A stretch of DNA of 64,000 bases from the human T2T-CHM13v2.0 reference genome, Homo sapiens. The stretch lies in assembly GCF_009914755.1 (NCBI RefSeq), contig NC_060945.1. One strand, 5' to 3'. Below, in pieces: positions 1 to 14,298 of this stretch; position 1 is the first letter of the stretch; each line of letters begins with the position of its first letter. The notes under the pieces are model-generated. The model saw only the letters and a list, made by a program, of their open reading frames with translations, searched no databases and had not been told where the DNA came from. The position numbers and the translations under genes are program-made.

Positions 1-169
1 TTTTAGAAGAATTAGCTATTTGTGACTTGACAGGGATGTCAATTTCATAAAAACATCTGGACAGTTTTAATCTAAATTTTATGTGTTTTACCTTAGTGAA
101 AAGCTCAGGTTAGATTTAACTTGTTTTGTGTAGTGTGTAGTCTCCTTGAATACTTTAATAAAATACTAT

Positions 170-520
170 AGACAGGATGGTTGAAATCACAGAAATTTGT
201 TCTGAGTTCTGGAGGATAGAGGTTCAATATCATGGTGCCTGCCAGGTTGCTTTCTATAGAGGACTCTTCCCTGGACTTGTACTTGGCCGCCTTCTTGCTG
301 TGTCCTCACATGCCCTTTCCTCTGTGCGCACACAGAGTTCTGGTGTCTTCCTTTTCTTGTAAGGATACCAGTCCTGTTGGATTAGGTCCCACTCTTATTA
401 CCTCGTTTAACCTTAATTACCTTCTTAAAGATCCTATCTCCAAATTCATTCACACCGGAATTTAGGGTTTCAGTATATGAATGGGCAGAGTGAGGAGGCG
501 GGCATTTCAGTCCATAGAAA
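170..520 (-). mobile_element. MaLR MLT1-family solo LTR
   Basis: agttctggagg, ttcttgctgtgtcctcacatg, taaggataccagtc..ttggattagg and terminal cagtccatag resemble recalled MLT1 LTR motifs; left boundary approximate. Confidence 0.75.
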
Positions 521-2544
521 GTAGATTGAATTTCGTGAGTAAATGACAGACTAATGTGTAATTTCTGCTTTACTTCATCTTGACATTTTTTAGTTCCTCA
601 GCCAACTCATAATTCTCTATATTTAATGTGAAGGGACATTTTATACATACAACATAGTATATAGTGTATGCTATTTAAACTTCTGCCTAAAGACATCCCT
701 CTGCACTCCAAAATAAAATTTTAAAAAACCCACAATTTTTGCCTACTTGACACACAGCCAGGTGATCTGTTGGCTAAACCACTGACTTTAAACAGACATG
801 TTTATGTGTATACTCTCACAAATTAAATTTAAATTCTGAATGAAAAATATAAATGTGTGATTAACACAACTTGAAAACATAGCATAACAAAATAACAATA
901 ATATAAAGAGAAAGCAACAATGAGCATTACTAATATTTAATTATTAGTATATACAGTTGCTTGAGACAGTTACTTTTGTTTAGTAATTATTGTAAAAGTC
1001 ATATATGTGCTAATTCTTTAGAATATAAAAGGAAATATAGGAAAAGTTTACACTTAACAAGTTGTCAGTAATAAATTTATTGAATTGTTTTAAAGATTTT
1101 TTCTTTAAGTATATATATTCAAACTTTTAAAATTGTGTGTTTTAAAACATAACCAAATATTCAATAAATTATTTAAGTTACTGCCAATAAATGCCTCTGT
1201 AATCTGTAAAGGTCAAGGTCATCAAAACTTTATTTTTTTAACTGACCACATCCTGAGGAAATTACAAAACTTTTCAATATGTGGGCAAACATTGAAAGAA
1301 GGATTGGTTTTAATAGGTTTGTTAGAATAATATTGTGCTTTGCATTGTCTGTATCTTTGTTTCATATCCTAAATAGGGGTGCTTACTGTTGTGTCCATGA
1401 CTTTCTTATCATGGAATACATAGAAGAAATAAATATTTTTAGGTTTAAGAAAAAGACTAGCAAGCTTCTTGATTAATATTATACACTTAGCTTATATTTA
1501 GATATTCAAAACTATATTTGTTAGTTCACTATACTCTGTCCAAACCTAATATCATTAATTAATATCAGCATTTTTAGCTGGATACAGATATACCTTGGAG
1601 ATATTGCAGGTTTAGTTCCAAGAGCACCTCAATAAAGTAAATATCTCTATAAAGCCAGTCACACAAATTTTTGCTTTTTTCAGTGCATATAAAAGTTATG
1701 TTGGCACTATAGTCTATTAAGTGTGCAAAAGCATGATGTATAAAAGGTCTACATAACATAACTGAAAAATAATTACTAAAATTTTCTGGGAATAATTTGA
1801 GATTTAAGCAAGTTGTAACTTTTTTCATTGGTGAAGCGTTTTGTCGCAAGGTTGATGGCTGCTTACTGATCATAATGTTGATTGCTGAAGGTTGGAGTGG
1901 CTGTGGCAGTTTATTAAAATAAGGCAACAGTGAAGCACTTTGTTAATTAACACTTCCTTTCATGAAAGATCTCTGTGTAGCAGGTGATGCTATAAGGCTA
2001 ACAGCATATAATACTGTTTGTTAGGAATTACCTATAGCAGAACATCTTTCAAAAATGAAGTAAATCCTCTCAAACCCTGTCACCGCTTTATCAACTAAGT
2101 TTATGTAATATTCTAAATCTTTGGTTATCATTTCAACATTTTTCAGGCATCTTCAGCAGGAGTAAATTCTACCACCAGAAACCACTTTATTTGCTCCTCC
2201 ATGAAGAGCAATTTTCCCATCTGTTAGAGTTTTATCATCAGATTGCAGCAATTCATTCACTTCTTCAGGCTCCATTTCTAATTCTAGCTCTCTATTTCCA
2301 CCGCATCTGCAGTTACTTCCTTCACTGAAGTCTTGAACCCCTCAAAGTCATCCATGAGGGTTGGAATCAACTTCTTCCAAATTCTTATTAATGTTGATAT
2401 TTTCACTTTCTCCCATGAGTCACAAATATTCTTAATGGTGTCAGCATGGTGAATCCTTTTCAGAAGATTTTCAGTTGACTTTTCCCAGATCCGTCAGAGG
2501 AATCACTGTTTTATGGCAGCTGAAGCCTTAAATATTGTATTTCT

Positions 2545-2855
2545 GTTTTTTGTTGTGTGTTTTTTTTTTTTTTTTGAGAGGGAGTCTCGCTCTGTCGCCC
2601 AGGCTGGAGTGCAATGGCACGATCTCCACTCACTGCACCTCCGCTTCCCGGGTTCACACCATTCTCCTGCCTCACCCTCCCGAGTAGCTGGGATTACAGG
2701 TGCCTGCCACCACGCCCGGCTATTTTTTTGTATTTTTAGTTGAGACGGAGTTTCACGGTGTTAACCAGGATGGTCTCCATCTCCTGACCTCGTGATCCGC
2801 CTGCCTCGGCCTCCCAAAGTGCTGGGATTACAGGCGTGAGCCACCGCGCCCGGCC
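2545..2855 (-). mobile_element. AluY-type SINE inside Tigger1
   Basis: CpG-rich dimeric Alu with Y-type diagnostics (gagaccatcctgg, gagaatggtgtgaacccggg); TSD core attgtatttct on both sides. Confidence 0.93.
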
Positions 2856-3415
2856 ACAAATTGTATTTCTTAAGTACTAGGACTTGAAAGTTGAAATTAC
2901 TCCTTGATCCACAGGCTTCAGAATGGATGTTGGGTTAGCCAGCATGAAAACAACATTAATATCTTTGTATATGTCTATCAGAGCTCTTGGGTGACTAGGT
3001 ACATTGTCAATGAGCACGACTAGTTTGAAGGGAATCTTTTTTTTTTTTTTCTCAGCACTATATCTCAACAGTGGGCTTAAAATATTCAATAAACCAGGCT
3101 GTAAACAGATGTTCTGTCAACCAGGCTTAGTTTTCCCATGGATAGAACACAGGCAGAGTCGATTTAGCATAATTCTTAAAGACCCTAGGATTTTCATAAC
3201 GATAAATGAATGAACAATGGCTTGAACTTAAGTCACTAGCTGTATTGGCCCCTAACAAGAGATTCAACAGGTCCTTGGAAGTTTGAACCCTGCCCTTTAC
3301 ATCTCCTCTCTAGCTATAAAAGTCTAGATGGCATCTTCTTGCAATAGAAAACTGTTTCATCTACTTTAAATTCTATTTTTTAGTGTAGTCAATTCCATCA
3401 ATGATCTTAGCTTGA

Positions 3416-3719
<304 letters not shown>

Positions 3720-4681
3720 CTTAGCTTGATCTTCTGGATAACATGCTGCAGCTTCTACATCAGCACTTGCTGCTCCACCTTGTATTTTTATGTTATAAAG
3801 ATGGCTTCTTCCCTTAAGCCTCATGAACTAACCCCTGCCAGCTTCAAACTCTTCTTCTGCACCTTCCTCACCTCTGTCAGCCTTCATTGAATTGAGGCAT
3901 GTTAGATCTTTGCTCTGGCTTGGGCTTTGGCTTAAGGGAGTATTGTGGTTGGCTTTGTCTTCTATCCAGGCCAACAAAATATTTCTCCATAACATGAGTA
4001 AGGCTGTTTAGCTTTCTTATCATTTGTGAGTCCACTAGCGTAGTACTTTAGATTTTTTTCAGGAACTCTCTCTTCACATTTACCACTTGGCTGTTTGTTG
4101 CAATAGGCTTCTGTTTTAGCCTATCTTGGTTTTGTCATGCCTTCCTCACTAAGCTTCATCATGTTTAGCTTTTGATTTAATGTGGGAGATGTGTGACTCT
4201 TCCTTTAACATGAACACCTAGAGACCATTGTAGGATTATGATTTGGCCTAATTTTAATATTATTGTGTCTCACAGAATAAGGAAGCCAAAGAGGGAGAGA
4301 GATGAGGGTACGGCCAGTCAGTGGAGCAATCAGAACACACATTTATCAATTAAGTTCACTGTCTTAGGGGCACAGTTTGTGGTTCTCCAAAACAGTTACA
4401 ATAGTACCATCAAAGATTACTGATCACAGATCACCATAGCAAATTTAATAATAATGCAAAGTTTAAAATATTGAGAGAATTACCAAAAAGTCAGAGAGAC
4501 AGGACATGGGCAACTGTTGTTGAAAAAATGGTGCTGTTAGATTGCTTAATGCAGGATTGCTACAAACCTTCAATTTGTGAAAAAAAAAAAGAAAAGAAAA
4601 AAGAAAAACACTATCTTTCAAGCATGGCAAAGTAAGACACAATAAAACAGGTATGCCTATATTTAAATATGAAGAAATAGT

Positions 4682-4740
4682 TTTATCAGTAGATGTTTCT
4701 AGTAGATGTTTATCAGTGGGTGTTTATCAGTAGATGTTTC
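4682..4740. repeat. Short tandem repeat, about 14-bp unit (tttatcagtagatg) x4
   Basis: Directly visible just beyond the Tigger1 end. Confidence 0.75.
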
Positions 4741-6555
4741 TTGATTAATATTTTCAATGCTTTGCACATTTTAAACATTTAAATATTTTTACTTAATGGT
4801 CTATAATATACCCTCGTTATATTATCTTATATTTTCATAAAATTATATAACATTTCATTGTGCTGGGTTTAAGTGTAAAACCACTATTGGACTTTAGTTT
4901 TATGTTGCTTTCCTAGAATACATCAAATAAGCTTCAGGGTACATGATTTGGCCAGATTATATCTAGAGCATGTGTGTGGATGTGTGTGTGTGTGTCTTAA
5001 TCTATGTCGTGATGGGTGTTTTCTTTATTTATTAAGCATACAACATGATAAAAGGTTGCTTATTTAAGATGAACTTTTATCTGTTGATAGCTGAACTCCC
5101 AGGAACAACAACAAAAAAATGAATTGAGCTTTTAAGAAATTGTTCCAATGAAAATGGCTCTATTTAAATTATTAATCTTAAGGAGCTGTGTAATAGTCAC
5201 ATTTCTTTGTTGTGGCTATCCTGTCTTGGCATTATATTGATTCAATAAACACATTCTTCTCTGTTGAATTTGCAAATAACTTTCTCATATGCATGTAGAA
5301 TAAGAATTTTTTGTTAAATCTCTTTCTCATTAGAACAATTAGTTTAGAGTTAAATTAGCCTTGCTTATTAAAAGCTACACATAAGGAAAATGAATATTTT
5401 AATCACTTAGCAGTAATTATGTAAGAGCTGTTACAAATTCTAAGCTTATTCCTATGATCTGTTTCTAGATGGACAGCTGACTAGAAAACGAATGACACAG
5501 CTTTTCTGTACTCTTTCAGAATTATCATCTTCAATGGGCCTCAAAATTGCACTCTTAGTTAATAGCCTCCCATTACTACAAAATCATTTTTCCCTCTTTT
5601 GGGATAGAGTTGAAATTAACAGCAACTCTTGTAGGCATATTCTCTCTTAATAATAGTTACAGAGATTGAAAATTATATCTATTACTATCATCAAATCTCT
5701 TATCTAAATTGATACTTCAGAATTTCTGTACATTAGAATTACAGGGTTTGTCTCAGTGTTCACCAATAGAATCCCCGAAGGTTAACTTAATTATGGATTT
5801 CAAATGTATAAGGATAGAGGTCAGCTATTTTCTACCTAGAGTGAAAAAGAATGGTAGGAATTGAACAGAAATGGAAGCAAGATACTGTTATTAGATAGCG
5901 AGAAAAAGTGCCTGTCTATGAGTATTGTTGCAAAGAGTAACATTTTATTGCACAGTATGTTCCTGGAAAGATTTCATTAAGAATGATCCTTCCTCCTTCG
6001 TTAGTATTATATGTTCAATAAACTCAAAACAGGGAGAGAAATATCACATATCTGGAGACTTTGTTGAACATTAAAGCAAACTGATCTGAGGCCAAAACAT
6101 AAAAAACAGTTAACAATGCTTTTATTACAAGCTTCCTGTTTTCAAGTTTACACCTACATTGATTGCAAACTATAGATACATATATATATACGTATACATA
6201 AATATATACACATATATATTTCAAACTGTGTACTACTTTCTGAGCTTTACATATATGTAGATATAATGGTTATGCTATTTAATAGATACATCGAAGTGGT
6301 GCCATTTGTTTACTTAATGAATTAATAGATAAATTCTGATTTGCCTAGTCCTGTGGATATTACGGGCTCATGGATACATCATAAAAGGATTTATATTATT
6401 TAGTAATGCTTACTTAATAAAGAAAATTAAAAATATATGGTAAGGAGTTGTTGGGTAAAAAATGAAATGTGTGAAAGTGGTAGTCATACTGGGGTTTATT
6501 ATAAAACTTCTGTGATGTTTTAGAATTGTAACATTTGTTATTATAATTATTTCAG

Positions 6556-6652
6556 ATTGCACCTACATCTGACAATGACTTTGGACGCTATAATTGCACA
6601 GCCACTAATCATATAGGAACAAGATTTCAAGAATATATTCTTGCTTTGGCTG
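6556..6652 (+). CDS. NCAM2: NCAM2 internal coding exon, C-terminal part of Ig5 (97 nt, phase 0 to 1)
   Basis: ttatttcag|ATT...GCTG|gtaagt; translates [32 protein letters not shown] with the Ig D-x-G-x-Y-x-C motif and an NCT sequon; joins the next exon in frame (G+AC=Asp). Confidence 0.97.
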
Positions 6653-6724
6653 GTAAGTATAGCACAATAATTTTTGAGATCGCACACAATATTTCTGAGA
6701 GCAAATGAAAATTTAAGTTGATAA

Positions 6725-7110
6725 AGTGGTCTCATTTACATGTGGGATTTAAAACAATGGATCTCTTGGAGATATCAGGTAGACTGTGGTTACCAGGGGC
6801 TTGGTAGTATATTGGGAAGGAGGGAATGAAGAGGGGTTACTCAGGGAGCATAAAACTACAGTTGATTACAAAGAATAAGATATGCTGTTCAGTGGTACGG
6901 TAGGGCTATAATAGTTCACAATAAGTTATTGCATATTTCAAAGTAGAAGAATATATTTGGAATGCTCCAAGCACAAAGAAATGACAATTGTATGAAAGAA
7001 CAGACATGCCAGTTACTCAGATTTGATCATTATATATTGTCTGCTTATATTAAATAGTCACATGTTCCCTGTAAATATGTACAACAATTTTGCATGCATA
7101 AAAATTTTCC
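6725..7110 (+). mobile_element. Old L1 (L1MA-like) 3' end
   Basis: gtggttaccaggggct, tagttcacaataag.tattgcatatttcaaag, gatttgatcattat resemble the L1MA 3' UTR. Confidence 0.75.
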
Positions 7111-7388
7111 AAAACCTTAGACTTTAGCGTGTCTATAACAAAAATATGAACTTCCAAAAAGTGGGTGTCATGTAATTTTAAATGTTAGCAAAGAATATAT
7201 TTTACATTTTTATAGGTAACAATACAGATTGCTTTTTATAAAGAATGAATCACTTTTAAAAACTTCAAACCATTGTATCTGCTATACAGTGAGCATGTAC
7301 AATGTATTTACTCATCAGGATTGATTTTAAAACCTGATTCTAATCCCTCCAACTTAAAAGTGAGATATTTGTGAAAGAAATAGGGAAC

Positions 7389-8122
7389 TTTTTTTTTTTT
7401 TTTTTTTTTGGATGTTAGGAACGGTCATGGTTTTTTTTTTCGATTTTTTTTTATTATTATACTTTAAGTTTTAGGGTACATGTACACAATTTGCAGGTTA
7501 GTTACATATGTATACACGTGCCATGCTGGTGTGCTGCACCCATTAACTCGTCATTTAGCATTAGGTATATCTCCTAATGCTATCCCTCCTCCCTCCCCCC
7601 ACCCCACAATAGTCCCTGGAGTGTGATGCTCCCCTTCCTGTGTCCATGTGTTCTCATTGTTCAGTTCCCACCTATGAGTGAGAACAGGCGGTGTTTGGTT
7701 TTTTGTCCTTGTGATAGTTTGCTGAGAATGATGGTTTCCAGTTTCATCCATGTCCCTACAGAGGACATGAACTCTTCATTTTTTATGGCTGCATAGTATT
7801 CCATGGTGTATATGTGCCACATTTTCTTAATCCAGTCTATCATTGCTGGACACTTGGGTTGGTTCCAAGTCTTTGCTATTGTGAATAGTGCCGCGATAAA
7901 CATACGCGTGCATGTGTCTTTATAGCAGCATGATTTATAATCCTTTGGGTATATACCCAGTAATGGGATGGCTGGGTCAAATGGTATTTCTAGTTCTAGA
8001 TCCCTGAGGAATCGTCACACTGACTTCCACAATGGTTGAACTAGTTTACAGTCCCACCAACAGTGTAAAAGTGTTCCTATTTCTCCACATCCTCTCCAGC
8101 ACCTGTTGTTTCCTGACTTTTA
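7389..8122 (-). mobile_element. Young 5'-truncated L1PA (roughly L1PA2-5) with double poly(A)
   Basis: ORF 7661-7903(-) is the ORF2 C-terminus (MFIAALFTIAKTWNQPKC...LIGGN*); typical 3' UTR; T tracts at 7389-7409 and 7431-7452. Confidence 0.95.
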
Positions 8123-10259
8123 AAAAATTAAATTATATTTCAAGTAAAGAGAGAATCCTGATGAAAAAATTAAAAAGCAAAACACTCTGAGAAAAAATGA
8201 ACTATAATAATATATTTTAAACTTTTAGACTTGAAAGTACAAAGAGCTATCTTACTTCTGAAGGAAAATAGAAAATTGAAGGTTACATAAATTTGTTGAA
8301 AATATTTTATTTTGTATGTATATGTTAATATTCTAGTTTTACCTCTAAAACTTAAAGATATAGAAATAACAACATATAGAATAAAAAATTCATACAAACC
8401 AGAAAGCCAGATATTGTTTACTTATTTATAAAATTTGCCATTATGTTTTACAAGACTGATAAGGAATCCTAAAATACATTTTAAAAAATAGTTTATGTAG
8501 CTCAAATGGAAAAAATGTGATTTACAGTCTTCTAAGACTAGGTAAAGTAATATCAGAAAATTATTGTAATATTATATTTTAACAGACTTAAAAGCATCTG
8601 TAAAGAAATTTTATAACCTTTTCAGGTAGAGATTTTATTTATAACTTTAATTTTATATTAAGTTCAGAAAAATGTTCATTTTTACTGCTGTATAAATATA
8701 TTCTAAATATTAATGTCATTGATCGTAAAGGCCAAGAAGGGAAATTTTTAAGCTAATAATGTCAAATTATTATGTAACTTAGAGAACCTGCTATTCTCCA
8801 ATTCAGGTTTTACTGCATTGATAGAGAAGGGAGAAAAGAGATTACATGGAAGGAATTGATGGAAGAAGGCAGGGAGAAAAAAAATCAAGATAAGTGAGTT
8901 TAGAAATGTGAAGAGACTGTTATACAAGCAAATTAAATTATAAGAAAATGAAGTGTGCTAATTCTCACCAAAATGCATAGATAATAAATTGAAGAATCAA
9001 CTGTACTAATAAGAAACATTCACTACTCAAATTAATTCCAAGCCTTTGGAAATTATGCAACTTTTCTTTAAATTAGTATATAATTTTATAAATAATTAGA
9101 TATAGGATCAATATATGTATATATAATGTTATTAATATTGATCCAGTATTGTATATTGCCATTTCGTAAATGATGTGTTTTTCGATTAGGTACAACTTAA
9201 TAAATGACCAGAATTTTTAGGAGGGTGTATTAATATTTGGTATTTAAAACATTATGTTGATTAGGTTTAAATAATTCCATGAACTTCACAGGTAGTATTT
9301 AATGTGCATGTACCTTTGTATCTCACAATACTTACTGCAATATTGTTCATTGAAAAATATATTTGATTCCTATCCTTCTAGTGACTATATTAAATTACTG
9401 AGTTTTCTTCTGTCCAAACATAATAAAAATTAAAGTTTTTCATCAAAGCTGAGTTAGAAAATATTGGAAATTTTTTTGAATATTTTTCAGCAATTTTCCT
9501 AATATTCCAAATTTTATACAATTCCAGGCTAAGAATTTGTTTTAGAAAAAGGTGGATTCAGTTGAAATTGTAATGAAGATATAAAAATGATTCAGACAGT
9601 CAGCCTTAGATGGGAAACATGCATTTAAATATCAACATTTATAAATATGCTTTATTTTATGGTACTCTTATTTAATACTAATATTTGGTAGAAAACAATC
9701 TGTCCTGCAGAATCCTAACACTGAAACTATACTGTGATTTTAAATAAGATGTAAGACATTTATTATATAAAAAATTAAATATTTCCTAATATATGAGGAT
9801 ACCACAGTTTAAGATTTCATTGGCCTATTTGCCTTGTAAAAGGTCAAGATCATTTGGCATATGGTATTTTACAGTGTAAGAGAATACCTTACTTCCAAAG
9901 GGAATTAATTAGAGCCAAAATGTAGTGTGAAATTTTTGTACACATTCAGTGGTAATATAGGAAACAATTACTTTTTCAGCATTCAGAAACATTTTTTCCT
10001 TTTTTCCTCCCATTTGTCCTCCTTTCCTTCTTTTTTCCTTGCATTTTCCCTTTTTAATAACTTAGCCCTACATCGGAATGAGGTAGGCATCTGTGTAGGA
10101 GTAGGGTGAAGCACAGAAGCCTGGCATGGGATGTGAAAGCCTGAGCAGAGTGAATGGAGTGGAAGGAGTGTTGCAGGGGTCCAGTGTTGAGTGTTGGGAT
10201 CCAGAGAGGGTAAAAAGAGTGCCCACTTGCCAAGACAGAAACAGCAACCCAAACAGGCT

Positions 10260-10550
10260 TGTTGGAGGCCATTCACCTAAGTGAAACAACTCAAAAACAG
10301 AAATTCAAATACTGCATGTTCTCACTTGTAAGTGGGAGCTTAACAGTGTGTACACACATGGAAAAATAGACACTGGAGACTCCCAAAGGTGGGAGGCTGG
10401 GAGAGAGGGGAAGATTGAAACATTACTTGTTGGATGCAATGTTCAATATTCTAGTGATGGATACACTAAAAGCCCAAACTTTGCTAGTACATAATATGTG
10501 ATTGTAAGAAAACCCCCTACACCTATAAAAATAATATAAAAATGAAATAT
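10260..10550 (+). mobile_element. L1PB/L1MA-type 3' end
   Basis: atgttctcacttgtaagtgggagct, atagacactggagactc, gatggatacactaaaagccc. Confidence 0.8.
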
Positions 10551-11329
10551 TTTTGAAATGGAAGTAAAATGTATATGTGTTTGGTTTAAGTCAGTTAACC
10601 CTAAGCAAGGACTTTCCATTAAACCCTGACTTCCTATTAATGAGCAGGAGTTGACGTAGTCTTCTTTTACCTATCTCCTCTGTTTTTAGAACATTGGGGG
10701 GAAAAAGTAATCTTTCTATGTTGTTACAGAAATATGAAATATTTCACATATGTGCTTGATAATTTTGTTTTCTTAACTTTTAATCCAAATATTAACTAGA
10801 AATATAAGACAGACAAATACGTATATATTTTAAGACTTCACCATAAAGTTGGTTTTTAAAATGTACCTCCTAGGTGTTGATCCTGCTTTCTAGTAGGAAG
10901 CATTCTCTATTTGGATTGAAGTACATATCTTGAATCAAATTAAAGTTGTACAGCATGTAAGGCTAAATAAAAGTTTGACTATATAGTGTTATTTCTTCCT
11001 TACAATTTTCTACTTCCAAAAGATGATTATCTGACAAGGCATTCTGTATATTTATATGCATATTTATTATTTCTTTTCTTAAAAAATCATTACCCTACAT
11101 TTTAAATATTATTATCAAGTAATTTCATTTATATATTTTTAAATTTCTTAATTTGTTTCATCATTGTTATATTTTTAACTGTTGAACTTTTTTATATTAA
11201 ACCTTAACCCTAAATAAAATAATCACACCTTTGTTTCATTAATTGATGCAGGTTTCTGATAAAGTCACCTTCTCTTGGGCAATTTTATGGGAGGGACTTG
11301 GCTGTTAGCTGTCATCAGGTAGTATGTCC

Positions 11330-11485
11330 AGCCCCTGGGGAATGAGAGCCTCAGCTCTTTAAGAGTTTCTGTGCAGTCATTCCAAGAGGTACCTGGTAAC
11401 AGTATTGTGACAACTAAGTGAGTTAATGCATTCAAGCACCCAGCACATGACAAGTACTCAACAAATATTAGGTAGGTATTATTAT
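11330..11485 (+). mobile_element. MIR-like fragment
   Basis: gagttaatgcatt.aagcac...aagtactcaacaaatattag resembles the MIR 3' end. Confidence 0.45.
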
Positions 11486-12369
11486 GGCCTAATTATAGTT
11501 CATATTGGTCACTTTTCTTTTGGATAGAAGTCAGTACCTTGATACCTCTTTAGTTATTATACATCAATCTAGACATCAAGGACCAAGGCTTAGTAAAATG
11601 AGATAATGACCTTACTTATTCTGAACATTATACTTCTATTAAATAATGTTAAATTCATTTGACTTTTGTTATTTTTTTCCATTTAGGAGCTTGTACTACC
11701 AATTTTTTACACAAACTGCTATTAAGGGAGGTCTCTGATACTGTGCTTCACAATTGATTTTTTTTAACCTCAGTTCAGGACTCTATACTTACCCCTATTA
11801 AATCTCATCTTGTCAGTTTTGACTCATTTTTTAACCTACTGAAACCCTGTCAAATTCAATATTTTAGCTCTTTTTTTCAGGATTGATTTAAGTCACAAGT
11901 ACAATATCATGAAGCACTCATCTGTATTTTCACCAGAGTCAGGATTAGCCTGTATAAGTCATCCTTGAGAACAGAGATTGGCTTACAGGTTAAACTGGAT
12001 CAATTGAATAGAATTCTAAGATATGGAATTATGGCCGATCTACTGGTCTGTGTACCTAGATTTTATCTTAGCCAGACCTTTGCTCCATAACACTTGAAAG
12101 CATGTTAAAATTAGTTCATTTGGTATCACACTTTCTTCACCTAAATATAACGGCAGGATTCTTTAACATAATCAGTTTTATGATCTAGCCTGGACAAGTC
12201 TACATCTTGATTTTTCAAAGAACTCATTAAGCAAACAGTGATATTCAGAAACTATTCATAATATATTCTTGGTTTTCTCATTCTCATATTGCTATGAAGG
12301 AAAGGAAATCAGGATAACTTGACATTATTTTCAGAGAATCCATGTTTGCATCAATTCCTAATCACTTTT

Positions 12370-12830
12370 TAATTCATTCACTCAAAAAATATAATGAATT
12401 TCTAGTAGGTACCACACATTGTTCTAGATCTTGGGAATCTGAAGGTAAATAATACATGGCATCTGGTCTTTACACATAAGTTGGAGTTCAAAAGATATAA
12501 GGTTGCTGTAGAAGTGTGAATCAAAGGTTTGGGAGAACAAAAATGAATTCTGATTGGAGTTCTTGGAAAAGGCTTTCAAAAGGTGTCAACTTTTGAATTG
12601 AGTCTGAAAGAGGGAGTAGAAACAGGTCCAGGGAAGATGAAAGGGAAAGACTCAAAGAAACATCAAGGTTACACTTGTACATAGGCACTATGCTCTGAAA
12701 GGATGGGACTGTTAATGAGTAAGGCATTTAATGGAAGACTGGAAGGGTATATTGTATGAGAAGACCAGTGTTGGTAATGTGCTTAGAGAGGTAGAGAGAA
12801 GTTAAGTTATAGATCTTAAAAACATTCATC
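12370..12830 (-). mobile_element. L2 fragment
   Basis: attcattcactcaaaaaatat...ttgttctaga start and purine-rich body typical of antisense L2; boundaries approximate. Confidence 0.5.
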
Positions 12831-12836
12831 ATGTTT

Positions 12837-13210
<374 letters not shown>

Positions 13211-13288
13211 TCATAAAGCAACATGATTCATGTATCTTAGAAAATTATCTTGGTGGTGTTCTAGAGACAGATTTCAACATAGAATAAA

Positions 13289-13356
13289 ATGTACGTATGT
13301 AACTAACCTGCACGTTGTGTACATGTACCCTAAAATTTAAAGTATAATAAAAAAAA
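13289..13356 (+). mobile_element. Extremely truncated young L1PA 3' tip (about 70 bp)
   Basis: tatgtaactaacctgcacgttgtgtacatgtaccctaaaatttaaagtataataaaaaaaa matches the L1PA terminus. Confidence 0.85.
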
Positions 13357-13943
13357 GTGACACAACTGCCAATTTCCAAATTTCTCCAAATATCTAAAAT
13401 ATATAAATTTAAACTCAAACACTCTAATGTTCACTCTTCAAAATTTTTTTCTGGCTCATAATAGCTCTAAATTGAATGTTTGAATGGTTCATTGTGTTAT
13501 ATTTGATTTGCTTATGACCCATTGTTGAAATGCCCAGTACTAAAGATAAGTGAATCTGGGTGTCCGTGAGTTGTGAGAAGAGTCAAGACATACTCATATT
13601 TGGAGGAAATAATTTCCATTGATATCTTGGTAGTGAATGAACACTGCTATGGAGAATATTAGAGGTAAAAATGGGAAAACCAAGGTCAGATCTCTGGACA
13701 ACTTCAGTTTAATTCATGGATGTATAAGAACAAAAAAAAAATGAAAGAAATTTTTCAGGGAGATAGTGTATCTATTTTGAAGGATAAATGTAAATATAAT
13801 TGGTCAAATATTGTGAAAAAGTCTAAATAATAATTTGGATTTGGCAATTGGTAAAAACTAGGTGAGTAGTGAAATGAGAAGGAATTTACAGCATTTCAGA
13901 TGTATTGCAGGTTGGCTATATAATATTAGATTAAGCTCACAAT

Positions 13944-14298
13944 GTTTCTTGCTCTATTCTGGATGCTATAGCAAAATATATTAGACTCTGTAATGTATTA
14001 CCAACATAAATATATTGCTTACAGTTCTAGGGGCTGGGAAATTCAAGATCAAGGCACCATCAGATTTGGTTTTTGGTGTAGGTCCAATAACCAAATTGTT
14101 TTTATAGATGGTGCCTTCTGTGTGTCCTTATATGGTGAAAGGGGCAAACATACTTCATTCAGCCTCTTTTATGGAGGCACTAATCTTATTCTCGAGGGTG
14201 GATGTCTCATGACTTTATCACATCCCAAAAGACCCCACCTCTTAATAATATATTCAACATATAAAATGTGGAGGGAAACCAGCATTCAAACCACAGCA
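13944..14298 (-). mobile_element. MLT1A-like solo LTR
   Basis: gatgctatagcaaaata..ttagact, acagttctaggggctgggaaattcaagatcaagg, terminal cattcaaaccacagca. Confidence 0.82.

Noticed and set aside
6547-6735. Antisense ORF over the first exon (likewise 56595-56879 over the fourth)
   Set aside because: Shadow frames of real + strand exons.
11700-12360. Possible L3/CR1 fragment (also possible old MLT1 pieces at ~14480-14970 and ~25170-25400)
   Set aside because: Resemblance too weak to call or bound without a profile search.
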